Positions 1 through 51,693 of a DNA stretch of 64,000 bases are shown here, piece by piece. The position numbers and the translations under genes were made by a program. Source of the stretch: the human T2T-CHM13v2.0 reference genome, Homo sapiens; assembly GCF_009914755.1 (NCBI RefSeq), contig NC_060940.1; one strand, 5' to 3'. Below the pieces are notes generated by a model, which saw nothing but the letters and a program-made list of their open reading frames with translations, was not told the DNA's origin and searched no databases. Position 1 is the first letter of the stretch. Each line of letters starts with the position of its first letter.

Positions 1-49
1 CTGCATTTACTGCTGTTGGGTCTCACCTGTTCTCTGCTTTGTTCCCCAG

Positions 50-34155
<34,106 letters not shown>

Positions 34156-34508
34156 TTTTGTGGTGGTTTTGTGCTGGTGCAATATTGCAGCCCTACTCAA
34201 GTGAACATTTCTGGCTGGGCTCTGTGGCTCACAACTGTATTCTCAGCACTTTGGAAACCCAAGGCAGGAGGATCCTTTGAGGCCAGGAGTTTGAGACCAA
34301 CCTGGGCAACATAGCAAACCCTGTCTCTACAAAAAATTAAAATATAAAAACTTATTTGAGCCTGGTTGCACGTACCTGTAGTCCCAGCTACTCAGGAGGC
34401 TGAGACAGAAGGATCACGTGAGCACAGGAGGTCAAGGCTGCAGTGAGCGATGGTCGCATCACTGCAATCCAGCCTGGGCCACAGAGCAAGATACTGCCTT
34501 CAAAATTA

Positions 34509-34864
<356 letters not shown>

Positions 34865-34988
34865 CTAACAGCAGCAACAGCAAAGCACTTCCCGGATAAG
34901 GCCCTAGGCTACTACTGGTGTCTCCCACTTCCCAGGGCGCTGTGCACGCACACATTTTAAGGACAAGTCTCGTTTACCACATAAAGTT

Positions 34989-34994
34989 TTTATT
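34989..34994 (-). terminator. ZNF768 polyadenylation signal AATAAA
   Basis: tttatt on the + strand, ~500 nt past the ZNF768 stop. Confidence 0.7.
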
Positions 34995-35485
34995 GAACTC
35001 AAACTCAGGGGCTCCAAAGCCTGAGGAAGAAGAGGGAGGCTGGGGTTTGCACGCAGAGGCCCAGGCCCCACCCCGGGGCCCCACTCCCCACCCCACCTAC
35101 CTTTTACCCGCTCCTGACTCAACGAGAGTTTCAGCAGCTACCAATCTAAGCTAACCCACTCTAATTAGGTAATCCCCTGCCCTCCCCCCTCCCTGCTCTA
35201 GCAGTTGCCAAGCCAGGCACCCACCAAGGAGCCGCGGCTGAGGCCAGCCCTCCGCTGACCTCTCTCCATTTCTCCCAGGGCCTCCCGCTGCCGGCCTGGC
35301 CTCCCTCCAACCCACTTCCCACAAGTCTCCAGGGCATGTCACTTCCTCCACCCTGGTTCTCTTCTTCCAGCATCCTCAGCTCCTCCATTCTCCTGCGGCT
35401 TCTCCACTATCCTCCCTAAAGGTTCCTCTAGCTCCCTGGCCCCTTATCTTCTGCCCACACCTCCCACCCCTGCTGGGGCCCCAGG

Positions 35486-37020
35486 TCAGCGCCGGCCCGC
35501 CGCGTGGGTCCGCTGGTGGCGGATGAGGTCGGAGCTCTGGGAGAAGGCCTTTCCGCAGTCATCGCACTTGTAAGGCCGCTCGCCACTGTGGACCCGGTGA
35601 TGCTGCAGAAGCGTGGAGGAGCGGCAGAAGCCCTTGCCGCACACGGCGCACCTGTAGGGCCGCTCGCCCGTGTGGGAGCGCTGGTGCTGGATGAGAGTGG
35701 AGGAGCGATTGAAGGTCTTGCCGCAGTCGGGGCAGCTGTAGGTGCGGCCTGGCAGGTGGGTGCGGGCGTGGATGGCCAGCACCGAGCTCTGGCCAAAGCG
35801 CTTGCCGCACTCAGGGCACTTGAAGGGCTTCTCCCGGGCGTGGCTGCGGGCATGGGGGATAAGGGCCGACCGCTGGGAGAAGCTCTTGCCGCAGATGCCA
35901 CAGCTGAAGGGCCTCTGACCGGTGTGCACCCTCTGATGGCTGCGCAGGGACGAGTTCTGGCTATAGCACTTGCCGCACTCGGTGCAGCTGTAGGGCCGCT
36001 CGTGGCTGTGGGTGCGCTGGTGTCGCAGGAGGTAGGAGCTGTCGCCGAAGGCCTTGCCACAATGTGGGCACTTGTAGGGCTTCTGGCCAGAGTGAGTGCG
36101 CTGGTGGCGAAGCAGGTAAGAGCTGTCGGCGAAGGCCTTGCCGCAACGGGGACATTTGTAGGGCCGCTCGCCAGTGTGGGTGCGCTGGTGTTTGATGAGG
36201 TCAGAGCTCTGGGAGAAGGCCTTGCTGCAGACCTCACATTTGTAGGGCTTCTCACCGGTGTGGATGCGCTGGTGCTGGATCAGGGTGGAGCCCCGCCCGA
36301 AGCTCTTCCCGCAGATGCCGCAGATGTTAGGCCGAGGGCCCTGCCCACCCCTGGCCCGGCCACCCCGCCGACCTGGACCTCGAAGGGCTCCTGTGAGACC
36401 CAGGGGATTCTGAAGCATCTCAAACTGCGGTGTAGACAGCAGGGCCCCTGTGGGCATCTCAAAAGGTGGCCCTATGGGCAGGTCCCCTGTGGGCTGCTCC
36501 CCAAACCCCTGAGTGAAGGAGTCCAGGGGGTGAACTCCTACGGAGATATTCAAAGGACTCTTTTCGTCGGGGTTCAGAAGCATCTCCGCACCTTCCTGGA
36601 ATTTGGAACTTTGAGCTTCAAATTCTGGGCTTTGGGTTTTGAGCTCAGTGTTCTGGGATTCATATCTAGAGCTCTCAGATTCATAGCCAGGGCTCCGGGG
36701 TTCATACCCGGGGCTCCGAGGTTCATAGCCAGGGCTTTGGGGTTCATACCTAGGGCTCTGGGATTCAAACTCAGGGCTCTGAGAATCTGATTCAGGGCTT
36801 CTGGGTGCAAACTCAGGGCTTGGGGGCACAAGCCCAGGGCTTCGGGACTCAAACCCCGGGCTTTCAGGCTCAAATCTGGGGCTTTGGGGTTCAAACTCTG
36901 GGCTTTGTGGCTCAAACCCAGGGCTCTGGGGTTCAAGCCCAAATGGTATCTCTTCGACTTCATAGTCCCCACTGCCTTCTTGCTGAGAAATTTCCTCTTC
37001 CTCATTCTCACTCATGTTGC
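35486..37020 (-). CDS. ZNF768: ZNF768 exon 2: heptad repeats plus 10 C2H2 zinc fingers
   Basis: ctgcag|GC acceptor at 37020. ORF reads NMSENEEEE...[10 protein letters not shown] with TGEKP-linked fingers. Together with exon 1 it totals 1623 nt = 540 aa. Confidence 0.96.
36602..36937 (-). repeat. ZNF768: Coding 21-bp tandem repeat, about 16 heptads of (F/Y)EPxSP(G/E/R)
   Basis: [21 protein letters not shown] ... [14 protein letters not shown] ... FEAQSSK read directly from the sequence. Confidence 0.9.
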
Positions 37021-37099
37021 CTGCAGGATGAGAGAATCCAGATCGTGTGAGACCTGGAAGGTCATTTGGTCCATTAGCAACCACACACCTCCCACCTCA

Positions 37100-38550
37100 C
37101 ATGCAGGGTCGCTGGCCCCTAGACAAGTGCTGAAATTCCCACGCCCCCCTCAGCTGACCCAAGACACCCCAGTCCCCGCCGGCCCCTCCTTCGAGTCCCA
37201 GGTGTCCCAGCCCCGGGCCCTCGCTCCCTCCCTGGAGCCACAGCCCCTTCTCCTGCGCGCAAGTCCACTCCTCGGACGGGCGCTCCCTCCTCACCTCTGA
37301 GGTACCCTTCGGGGCTCCTCATTTCGTCAGAACTCTGCACATCCTGGGGCTCGAGGCCCCACGGCAACGCCTCCCGCTCCATCCCCGCGGGCTCCCAGTG
37401 CAGCGGCGGCGGCGATGGCGGCCGATCCCGCGACCCGGCCTCGGTTGCCCCGAGCCGCGGGCCCCCGCCTCCCGCCCGCTCAGCGCCGCCCAGGGGACTC
37501 GGCGGCCCAGCCCGGGCCCCCGAGGCCGGACGTCTTGACCCCGCGCCTCTCCAGCGCGCCGGGCCCCTCCCCTGCCCGCGGCCCCGCCCCCTCCCAAGGT
37601 CTCGGCCTCCCCGTGGCCCTCACTGGCCCCCGCGCGTCGCGGCCTCGGGGATGAGGGGCTTCGCGACTACCCCGGCGGCCCCCGGCCCCCGCTCCCGCCC
37701 GAGCCCCCACCTTCTGGACCCCGGCCCCGGGCTGGGCTGCACTGTCCAACGGCCGCCCAGCACCCCCCCACCCTCCCCCGCACAGGAAGTGTCCGTCCGC
37801 GGCCAGGTCCCCCCGCCGGCTCGCGCCGCGGCCTCTCTAGGAGCCGCTGGAGGTGGAAACTCGTTGGCATTAACCCTGGGCTGGAGGGGCCCGGCCACGG
37901 GGTGGGCGAGGACCGGACGCCCCGGAGCCCGCGGGGCTACCGGGGCAGTGTGTGTGCCTATGTTCTAGGTCTCCGTCCCTCCAGAGGCCCGTCTGTCCAT
38001 CTCCCGGGCCCCGCGTCGTCGGTGCGTGTGGCCAAGGGCGAGGCGACAAGCGAGACCAAGGTCAGCAAGAAGGAGCGACGCTTCCCGGCGCCAGCGGGGG
38101 CGGTGTCTCGCTCCCTCCCCTCCCGGGCCTCCGGGTCAGCTCCGGCAGCGCCTCGGGAACCGGGACGGACTCCCCTTGGCCTCGCCGAGGTCCTTGAGCC
38201 TGGGACCCCCTCCAGGAACTCCGCTCCCCGGCACCTGCGCGCGCCCGCTCCCGTTCCTCCGGCCCCCACCCAGCTCGGCTCCCCTGATCCTCCTCCTCCC
38301 TCCTCCCTCCTCGAGGGCTAGGATAGTTGCCAAGGAGACAGCCCCGCCCCGGCTCCCAGAGGCACAGCTTCTCCGCCCCAGGAAGCCCGGCGGTTGGCCG
38401 ATGGGGCTCGTGCTCTAGCCGCCCCGCCTCCTCCAACCCCGCGGACGGCTGGGCGTTAATGGTCGCCAGGGAACGCCAGGCGCCTTCCTGATTGGCCGGG
38501 AGTGCTGTGGTCGGGTCCGCCTCCCCTGTCGGCCAGAAGCGCCTTCAGGA
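37100..38550. promoter_or_regulatory. CpG island / ZNF768 promoter
   Basis: Very GC- and CpG-rich, with several GC boxes (ccccgccc) and a CCAAT box (attgg 38491-38495). Boundaries are approximate. Confidence 0.85.
37295..37382 (-). CDS. ZNF768: ZNF768 exon 1 CDS: MEREALPWGLEPQDVQSSDEMRSPEGYLR
   Basis: ATG at 37382; AGAG|gtgagg donor; in frame with exon 2. Confidence 0.93.
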
Positions 38551-39359
38551 GGTAGTGGGAGGGAGGTGCCAGGCATCTCCCCTCCAGCCCGGCCTGTGCC
38601 ATCAAAACTTTTCCCGCCCCCACTTAGCCTCCATTATGTTTTATGAAAGCCAGAAGATCTGAGGACAGACACCCTTCCTCCTCGTCAGCCTCACACCCCT
38701 TGCCTCTCCCCTCCACCTTCCCCAGCGCCTGAGTTTAACTCAATCCCTGGCAGCCTTAGTCCCTGTTGTTAGATTTCCTCACAGGGAGGCAGGATTCCTT
38801 CCAGGTGAGGGTGATACAAAGGAGAATTGGACTGAGAGAACCATCTGGCCTTCGAGGCATCTAACAACTCTCCAGTCTTGTCTGACTCGAATGGAGTCTT
38901 GCAGAGGAAGGGAACCTGAGAAACACTGCCTCGGGCGCAGCTTTGAATTGAGGAAGTGAGCCTGGACAGACAACTTAATATCATCCAGTTCTTGTCTTTT
39001 TTTTCTACGCTTCGTGCTGAAACAAGTTTGGCAGCGTTCTTGACAGTTAACGAGCCCGATGCCCCTGTGTGAGCAGGAGCCATGGATCGTGTTTTCTTGT
39101 CGCCTACCCAGACAAATGAAGGGAAGAGAATGTTTGGGAGGAAGGATGGCCTCTCCTTCCTGAAAAGAGGTGAGAACAAGAACTTGAAGAATGCCAAGTG
39201 GTAAAAAGTGGAGAGAAACTATCTAAATAAAGGCTTACAGGTGGGGCGCACTGGCTCATGTCTGTAATCCCAGCACTTTTGGGAGGCCAAGGCAGGTGGA
39301 TCACGAGGTCAGGAGTTCAAGACCAGCCTGGCCAAGATGGTGAAACCCCGTCTCTACTA

Positions 39360-39563
<204 letters not shown>

Positions 39564-39699
39564 TTATGCCACGAATGAAGCGGGGAAAACTTTCTGCCCT
39601 CCAGAGAAACAGCTTCCAGCCCCATAGCTCTCTCCCATCCCAATGTATGTTTGTCTTGAAACCTTTGCTAAGAATGGCTTACATGGTCCAGCACTAGAG

Positions 39700-40450
39700 C
39701 CCACAGTCAAACAGCCTACAAGAGGACCAGTTTTGGGAAGAGCTGGACATGGGGTACCCTCTGGTCATCCCCAAAGCACTCACACAGGTAGGAAACAAGT
39801 CTCCTTCACAAGACACTTTTCTCTGACATCCAACTTGCTGATCCACCAAAATTCACACAGGAGAGCAGCCACACCCTAAAAATGGGTGGCGAGACCTCCA
39901 GCCACAGCTCTGACACCGTACACTGCCTGCACTCTTATCATGAGCCACAAGTCCCAGGTGTAGCAGAAGCTGGGCCAAGACTTCATGCTGCCCAGGCACC
40001 CGCATTTCCAAGTGCAAATTCAGCCTCACTGGCACCTGGAGTAAGAGTGGCTCACTTCCAGCCAGCCTCCTCTAGGACCAGGGTGCCATCTATGCACAGG
40101 GACTTCACAAGGAAGCCAGCCTCCACCTGACACACAGCCACAGCAGTGAGAGGCTCCAAGCCCAGGAAAGCCTCTGATAAGGGCTGCATCTTGACCCAAC
40201 ACCAGCTAATCCAAGGCAGGAGAAACTTGGGGAGTCCACTGGCATTGTCCTGCCTCTGCATCCATGAGGATGAGCCCTGTGCATGTCCTGAGTCAGGTGG
40301 TCACTTTGTTCACAGCATTATCTCCTGGCATGCCCAGCACTAGGGCAGAGCCATTCAGTGTGCAGCCAAGGCTTATGGTCAGCCAACCTGGCCAACACTG
40401 CAGGCCAGAGAGCCTTCACAGACGTTCTCAGTGAGAGGAGCTTCCGTATG
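39700..40450 (+). pseudogene. Probable highly degenerate C2H2 zinc-finger gene remnant
   Basis: Finger and linker fragments occur across frames: THTGRK; FSLTSNLLIHQ followed by att cac aca gga gag (IHTGE); KASDKGCILTQHQLIQ; IHEDEPCACPESGGHFVHS. Confidence 0.55.
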
Positions 40451-41355
40451 CACTGCTCCCTTCCCTCATGCAAAGGACAAGCCCTCTTAAAGCCCTTCCA
40501 TCCGATGCTAGAGGAGATGCCCCAGTGTATTGAACATGATCCTAAGTACCCAGGAAGACAGCAGCCACGGCACAGGGCCCTTTGGAAAGAACAAAGAAAT
40601 GGAGGTCTTTGTGTATGCCTGACATTGGGGACAGGCCCTGGGACCAACCACTACTCTTGCAAAACTAAGAGCAGTTTGAAAATAATGTTTTGTTCCCAGC
40701 CGTGGTTCTCTCAAACTTTCACAGCCATAAAATTCTATCCCTGGAGATTCTGATTCAATAGATGAGGAACTGGGCCCAGGGAGTAGCTAGTTTTTTTTTT
40801 TTTTTTTTTTGAGACAGAGTCTCGCTCTGTCACCCAGGCTGGAGTGCAGTGGTGCTATCTCTGCTCAGTGCAACCTCTGCCTCCTGAGTTCAAGCGATTC
40901 TCCTGCCTCACCCTCCTGAGTAGCTGGGACTATAGGCACGTGCCACCATGTCAGGCTAATTTTTTTAAAATGTATCCTTAGTAGAGACGGGGTTTCACCA
41001 TGTTAGCCAGGATGGTCTCGGTCTCCTGACCTTGCGATCCGCCCGCCTCAGCCTCCCAAAATGCTGGGATTACAGGTGTGAGCCACCACGCCCGGCCGAG
41101 AATAGCTACATTTTTAAAAGATACTTAGCCTGGCCCTACCTCTAGGTGGAAATATCTGTGCCACCAACTGAGGAGCTGAGAATGGGGTGGGGCTAAGGCT
41201 TAAGGGTTTCACGACACTAAAAAAAATTGACGAAATGCTGGAAGGTTGGGTCATGAGGGCAGGAAGCAGAGGAGTTGGAGCCTGGTTTCTGGGCCATAAG
41301 TAAACTTTACAAACTTCAAAGCTCTCAGAGACCTCTAGGTAATAATCACGGCATC

Positions 41356-41361
41356 TTTAAT
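41356..41361 (-). terminator. Candidate ZNF747 poly(A) signal ATTAAA
   Basis: tttaat on the + strand, ~2.1 kb past the ZNF747 stop; its use is inferred. Confidence 0.5.
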
Positions 41362-42896
41362 TGGCAAACTCAGGGCCAAGATCTATCTGGCTGTCAGTCT
41401 GGGCTGAGAACTGGTGTTGCAAGCTGGGCTTTCCCCAGGCTGTGTTGAGGGTTAGGGGAGGGGACTGAGATGTACACTGGAAATTAAAACCTGGTACAAA
41501 GGTATCTCCTACTGCCAAGGTTCCTCTTCTCACCCCATGTGCCCCTGTGATAAAGTGACACACGAGTCAACCCGCCCCAGAAAAGCTGAGGGAGAGAGAG
41601 ACCACGGTGGGATTGGATTGGAGATGAGGTTCGAATAAAGTCAGTTCATTACTTGACACCCGAACAGTGTCTTTTCTCCAAAACTTCTACCTCCTTTCAG
41701 GCTGATAAATCTGGTTCCTTCCTCCCTGGGTAGGCCAGACACAGGGCTGAGCTGGGTGACAGGTGAGGGCGCACAGGCCAGCAGAGGTCACAGGCCCTTG
41801 CTCTCCTTGGGCAGGTGTTGTCCTGACCAGAGGCAGGGCAGGGGCTGCCCGTGGCTGGACTCTGCCCACAAAGGAATTAGTGGTAGCTGGATAATGGAGT
41901 CGTGAAGTGCTGGAGGGATTCCGTGTAGAACTTGGGGATACAGATGGGTACGGTTGCCACTGGCTACAAATCTAACACCAGGTGTTCCTGGCCTAGCCCC
42001 CTCTGCCCATGATGGCACATACTTAAAGACAGCAAAGATGGTGCGTACCTAAAGACAGGAAAGATGCAAGGACTGTTTTGACACAGACATGGGTTCAAGA
42101 AATACTTCCCTTTCTTCTTTGCTGTACTTTAAGATAAACACCAAAAACACTAAAAGCAAGCCATGATGAATGGCTACTCATGCTTGGTCAGGAGCTGATG
42201 GGATGAGTGGCCGGACCACAGTAAGTTGGGAGTTCTGGCTCCGGCCCAACTCCCAACAACTGCGACTTTCTGAGAGCCTAGGTGAACTTGCGAAATCTTT
42301 GGATTTTTCAAGAGATGCCAGAAACCTGGATTTTGGTGCAAAATATCCCTTTAGATCTTCATCACTAATTCTTATCACTTAAAAACACTGCCTGGGCCCA
42401 AATCAATACAGCAACTGCAGGCGAGATCCAATACAGGGTCACTGGTTTTTTAGGTTGTGCAGCAAAAAGACAATGAAGGCCAGTGCAGTGGCTCCCCTGT
42501 AATCCCAGCACTTTGGGAGGCCAAGGTGGGCGAATTGCTTGAACCGAGGAGTTTGAGACCAGCCTGATCAACATAGTGGGAACCCCATCTCTGCAAAAAA
42601 ATTTAAAAATTAGCCAGGCATAGTGTTGCCCACCTGTAGTCACAGCCATCTGAGAGGCTGGGGCAGGAGGATTCCTTGAGCCCAGCAGGTCTAGGCTGCA
42701 GTGAGCCCAGTTCACACCACTGCATTCCAGCCTGGGTGAGGAGCAAGATGCTGTCTTAATAAGTAAATAAATAAACAAAAAAAACAGACAATGGGTATTG
42801 TCTTGTGGGAAGGTCAAAGAATAAAAAAGAAAAGGCCAGGTGAGGTGGCTCACGCCTGTAATCCCAGCACTTTGGGAGGCAGAGGTGGGTGGATCA

Positions 42897-43115
<219 letters not shown>

Positions 43116-43467
43116 TCAAAAAATTAAAAAAGTAAAAAGAAAAAGACAACAGAGAAAACAAGGTTCTTCTCTACCTCAATCCTCTTAGCATCTCTGGGAG
43201 GAGAAACAGCTTTTGCTTCCCTGTATGGAGGTCTGGGGGGTTCTCACCTCAGCCCTGCCTCAGCAAAGGGGGCCTTGGAGAGCCCAGGGCAGCGGGGAGC
43301 AAGGTGCTGGCAGAAGAGGCTGCTGAGAGCCCAAGATCAGACTGTCCGCACCCCAGGCCAGCTCTTGCGGTGGATTCTGGGACCTCCCTGCAGGCCGCTG
43401 CAGAGGTTCGGGCCCCTGAGCCCATCTCGGGCCGCCCACAATGTCTAGATGGTCACTTTTTAGGCCG

Positions 43468-44154
<687 letters not shown>

Positions 44155-44991
44155 TCATCCTGGTCATTGAATCCCACAGCCCGCGTGGACAGGGACAGGC
44201 CTGCTGGACCCCCGACTGCTCCTAGGAGATGGAGGAGTGACACCTGTTCCTCGGCTGCAGAGCCAGACAGAGCCTGGAGGGAGGGAACAGTCCATTCCGC
44301 CTCCGGGCTGGGGAAATGTCACCGCGGGGGAAGGGCAGAGATGACGTGAACATCTGGGCCTGATCTGGAATAAGAAGCGGACACCTGGGGATATTCCAGG
44401 CAGAAGGAACAGCACCAAGAAAGGCAGAACCAGGAGGGCATGGCCAAGTTCAGTGGGGCTGGATACTCTGCAAAAGCTGAGGCAAGAACTAAAGGAAGGA
44501 AATGGGAGGGCGGGATGTGGGGGCATAGGAACCATAGTGCAGGAAAACGACTGGAGCGGGTCATGATGTGGAGGTAGAGTCAACAGAACCTAGAGGCCGG
44601 GTGCAGTGGCTCATGCCTGTAATCCCAGTGCTTTGGGAGGCCGAGATAGAGGATCGCTAGAGTTCGAGACCAGCTCGGGCAACACACCAAGACCTCTACC
44701 TCTTTAAAATTTTTTTAATTAAAAAAAAAAAAAAAAAACAGCCAGGCGTGGTGGCGAGTGCCTTTACAGTGTTAGGTACTCTGGAGGCCCACGCGGGAGG
44801 ATTGGTTGAGCCGATTGCTTGAGCCCGGGAGTTCAAGACTGCAGTGAGCTATGATGGCGCCACTGCACCTCAGCCTGGGCAACAGAGACCCTGTCTCTAA
44901 AACAAAACAAAACAAAAAAGTCCCCGGAGTGTAGTGACCACGCAGAGGTGAGGACTCAGGGGCGGGTATGGCAGGGCCAGAGCCCCCATCA

Positions 44992-45752
<761 letters not shown>

Positions 45753-46194
45753 CTAGAGGGGATGGAAACTAAGGGCCGATGGCTGCGAGTCCATGGTCAG
45801 AACTGGACGATGTCTTCAAATAAAACGGCGGCAGCGCGACCTCTCGACCTTTGCCCCTGCGCAATTGTACCCACGACGACGCCCCCCTCCCCGCGCCCCC
45901 GCTCCAGGCCCAGTTCTCTCCTTGCCCTAATCCAAAATGGCCGTTGCGGCTACAGGCGCCGGCCTTGAAAACCAGCCGCGCATGCTCCGGCCCCGCCAGG
46001 TGAGGCGGCGCAGCTCAGAGCTTCCGCCCGGGTTTGCGGGAACAAAGCAGCGCCCTGCGGAAGGCAGCCCTCGTGAACTCAGAAGTTAGTTTTCGTCTCT
46101 GGACCTTTTTATAATCGGACTTCAGCCCATCACTATCTCGTTTTGTCCTCAGAAACGGCGACAGCAGCCTCTTCCCAATGTTGAGAGCAAAAAG

Positions 46195-46648
46195 TGTGAA
46201 CCCAGAAATTTCGAGACAGATCTCAATTACTTGCCAAGGTTGAGGACGCGCGCGTGACAGCCTCAGGAAGTCCTCACGACATGTGCCCAAGGTGGTCTGG
46301 GCATAGCTTAGTTTTATACATTTTATGGAGACATGAGACATCAATAAATGTATGTAAGAAGTACATTGGTTCTGTTTGGAAAGGCGGGGCAACTTGAAGC
46401 AAAGGCAGGAAGACGTGAAGCAGGAAGGGGGCTTCCAAGAAACAGAAGGTGAGGCACAAACGGTTGCATTCTTTTGAGATTCTGATTAGCGTTTCCAAAG
46501 GAGGCAATCAGATATGCATCTGTGTCAGCCAGCAAAGGGGTGACTTTGAATAGACTGGGAGGCAGGTTGGCCCTAAGCAATTCCCAGCTTGACTTTTTCC
46601 TTTAGCGTAGTGATTTGGGGGGGTCCCAAGATTTATTTTCCTTTCACA
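46195..46648 (-). mobile_element. Solo LTR, MER4A/MER4A1-like (ERV1)
   Basis: The minus strand starts TGTGAAAGGAAAATAAATCTTGGGACCCC. TG...CA termini and a 4-bp TSD AAAG are present on both sides. Confidence 0.8.
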
Positions 46649-47376
46649 AAAGCCATGGAGTGGATACAGGAGAACCTCCTCTATTGTAGGCTTTTTGGAG
46701 CTTGAAATTCTGGGAGCTTCTAGATGGCGGAAGCAGCGGGGAGAATAGGGTAAGGCTGAGAAAGTCAGAGGGCCCTCTCTTCTAGGAGCTTCTCCCATGT
46801 GCTGTGCAGGACGCCTCCCGACCGCCTGTCTCCCTCTAGCTGCAGCCAGGCTCTTGGCTTCCCTGACGTCCTGCCCCTGCGCGGATGGCCCAAGGCTCCT
46901 AGGCTCAAACCCAGCTCATCCCTTTCTTACCCCAACCTGCTTCCCCTGGGGTCTTTATCTCAGTAAAAGTCGCCAGCTCTCCCCTGAGACCTCCTTCTCA
47001 CACTTCCTGATGGCCTACTCTGTGCTCCACGTGACTTCATACATGTCCTGTGTACTGGAGTCAGAGTCACCTCCAACGCGCCTTTTAGCTCTTAGTGGGT
47101 TCTTTAGTTGAATCTAGGCCCAGATTGAGAATCGCCTGTAATCCTGGCGCCTGGGAGGTCGGGGCAAGAGGATTCCTTGAGTCCAAGAGAATGAGATCAG
47201 CCTGCTCAACTTAGGAGACCCTATCTCAAAAATAAATAAGAAAAAATGAATCGACAGCAGACAGACTAACAGGAGGAAAGAATACAAATTGTACCTGTTT
47301 TACATGTACTCAGGCATCTTCACAAGAGAGAGCAGTCAGAAAAAGTGGCTGAAGCCAGGTGCTTTTATATTTCTTT

Positions 47377-49470
<2,094 letters not shown>

Positions 49471-49545
49471 TGATCCGCTCATCTCTGCTTCCCAAAGTGC
49501 TGGGATTACAAGTGTGAGCCACCACGCCCGGCCTGTATTTCTTAA

Positions 49546-49908
<363 letters not shown>

Positions 49909-51111
49909 TAAAATTTTCAAGGGGAGATCTGTGTGGGTTGGGGGGGCATCAAACAGGTGGAAGATATGGATTACTTTGTTAAGTGTGTTTATTCTGGTCC
50001 CTTGGGGCCTCTAAGGGCTATTTTCTCACCCTGGGGAGAGGAGGCAAAAAGTTTGGGAGGGGCATAAGGATTCATTGTTGCCCAGGGGGTGTGTTCCCAG
50101 CCCTAGGTCTCCCAGGCTCTCAGACCTCGGAAGGACACAAGAGAAAACTGAAAACTTCCCTTAAAAGCAATGACATTTTGTCTCTTGCAGTGCCCACCCC
50201 TCAGTGTGGTGCCCATTACCCACAGTCTGGAAGAGCTCTGGGAGATCCTAGAAGCTCCCTTGGGGGTCTGGACCCTCCTGGGAAAGAACCAGGGGCAGAG
50301 TTCACAATCCTGGAGGTCAGCCTCTGAGGTCCATGTCACCAGGCCAGTCGATCCACTGAAGGGCCCCTGGCTCAAGCATTGCCAGCAGTGGGGACAGGTG
50401 AAGGAACACAGGCCCGCTGGGCAACAGGAAGCAGGGGTGGGCCTCGTTGTGGGAGAAGTGGGTGCTATACCAGCTGCGGGCAAAGGGTCACTCCCCGGAG
50501 TACCTGAGGCCTGGCTGAAGGTACTGGCGAAGTGTGGCTGCACTGGGGACAGGAATGAGGTGCTGAGTGAGTGCCAGATGTTGAGGCCGGGCAGAGACTG
50601 CAGATTTGGGGAAGGTCTGGCTACAGGGAGCCTTGGCCAAAGGCTCAGAGACCAGGTCAGTGTTTCTGACACCAAGGGCTTATGACAGCTCCCAAATAGA
50701 CTCCTGCTGGTCCCTTCCAAATGTGTCATTTTTCTGAGTGGCCATTGGGAAACTGCTGATTCATAACTTACCTCTGGCCCTGTCAACTCCTCAAGGCCTA
50801 CTCATATTCAGGTGACAGAATCAACCTTCACAACAGCAGCATTCAGATGGGTACCCCTGGGAGCCACCCTCATCCCCCACCCCCAGACAGTGCTGGCCAA
50901 CTGAGGAGCTCACCAGGCAGTGACATTCCCACACACCTCAAGGCCAACCAGAGGAGCCACCATCAACTACACAGGCAGCTGTTCCAGGGCCTGGGGGCCT
51001 GGAGACAGAAAGGTGAACTTTCTTCATCCTAAATTTGAATTCACACACTGCCACTGAATGGGCCGATTCATAGCACAGCCTGACTGTAGTCCCATGGGAT
51101 GTCACCAGTCA

Positions 51112-51693
<582 letters not shown>

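Noticed and set aside
35504-36790. 428-aa + strand ORF antisense to ZNF768 (also 43441-44124 antisense to ZNF747)
   Set aside because: Shadow ORF typical of GC3-rich C2H2 exons, with low-complexity A/L/V/G composition and no domain or splice support.
36602-36937. CRISPR-like or non-coding array suggested by 21-bp periodicity
   Set aside because: No spacers; it is an in-frame coding heptad repeat in a eukaryotic gene.
35486-37084. 532-aa single-exon ZNF768 ORF starting MVANG
   Set aside because: The N-terminal 21 aa come from intron sequence upstream of the acceptor at 37020; the real start is ATG 37382 in exon 1.
37319-38436. Multiple P/G/R/A-rich ORFs on both strands
   Set aside because: Expected from stop-poor CpG-island sequence.
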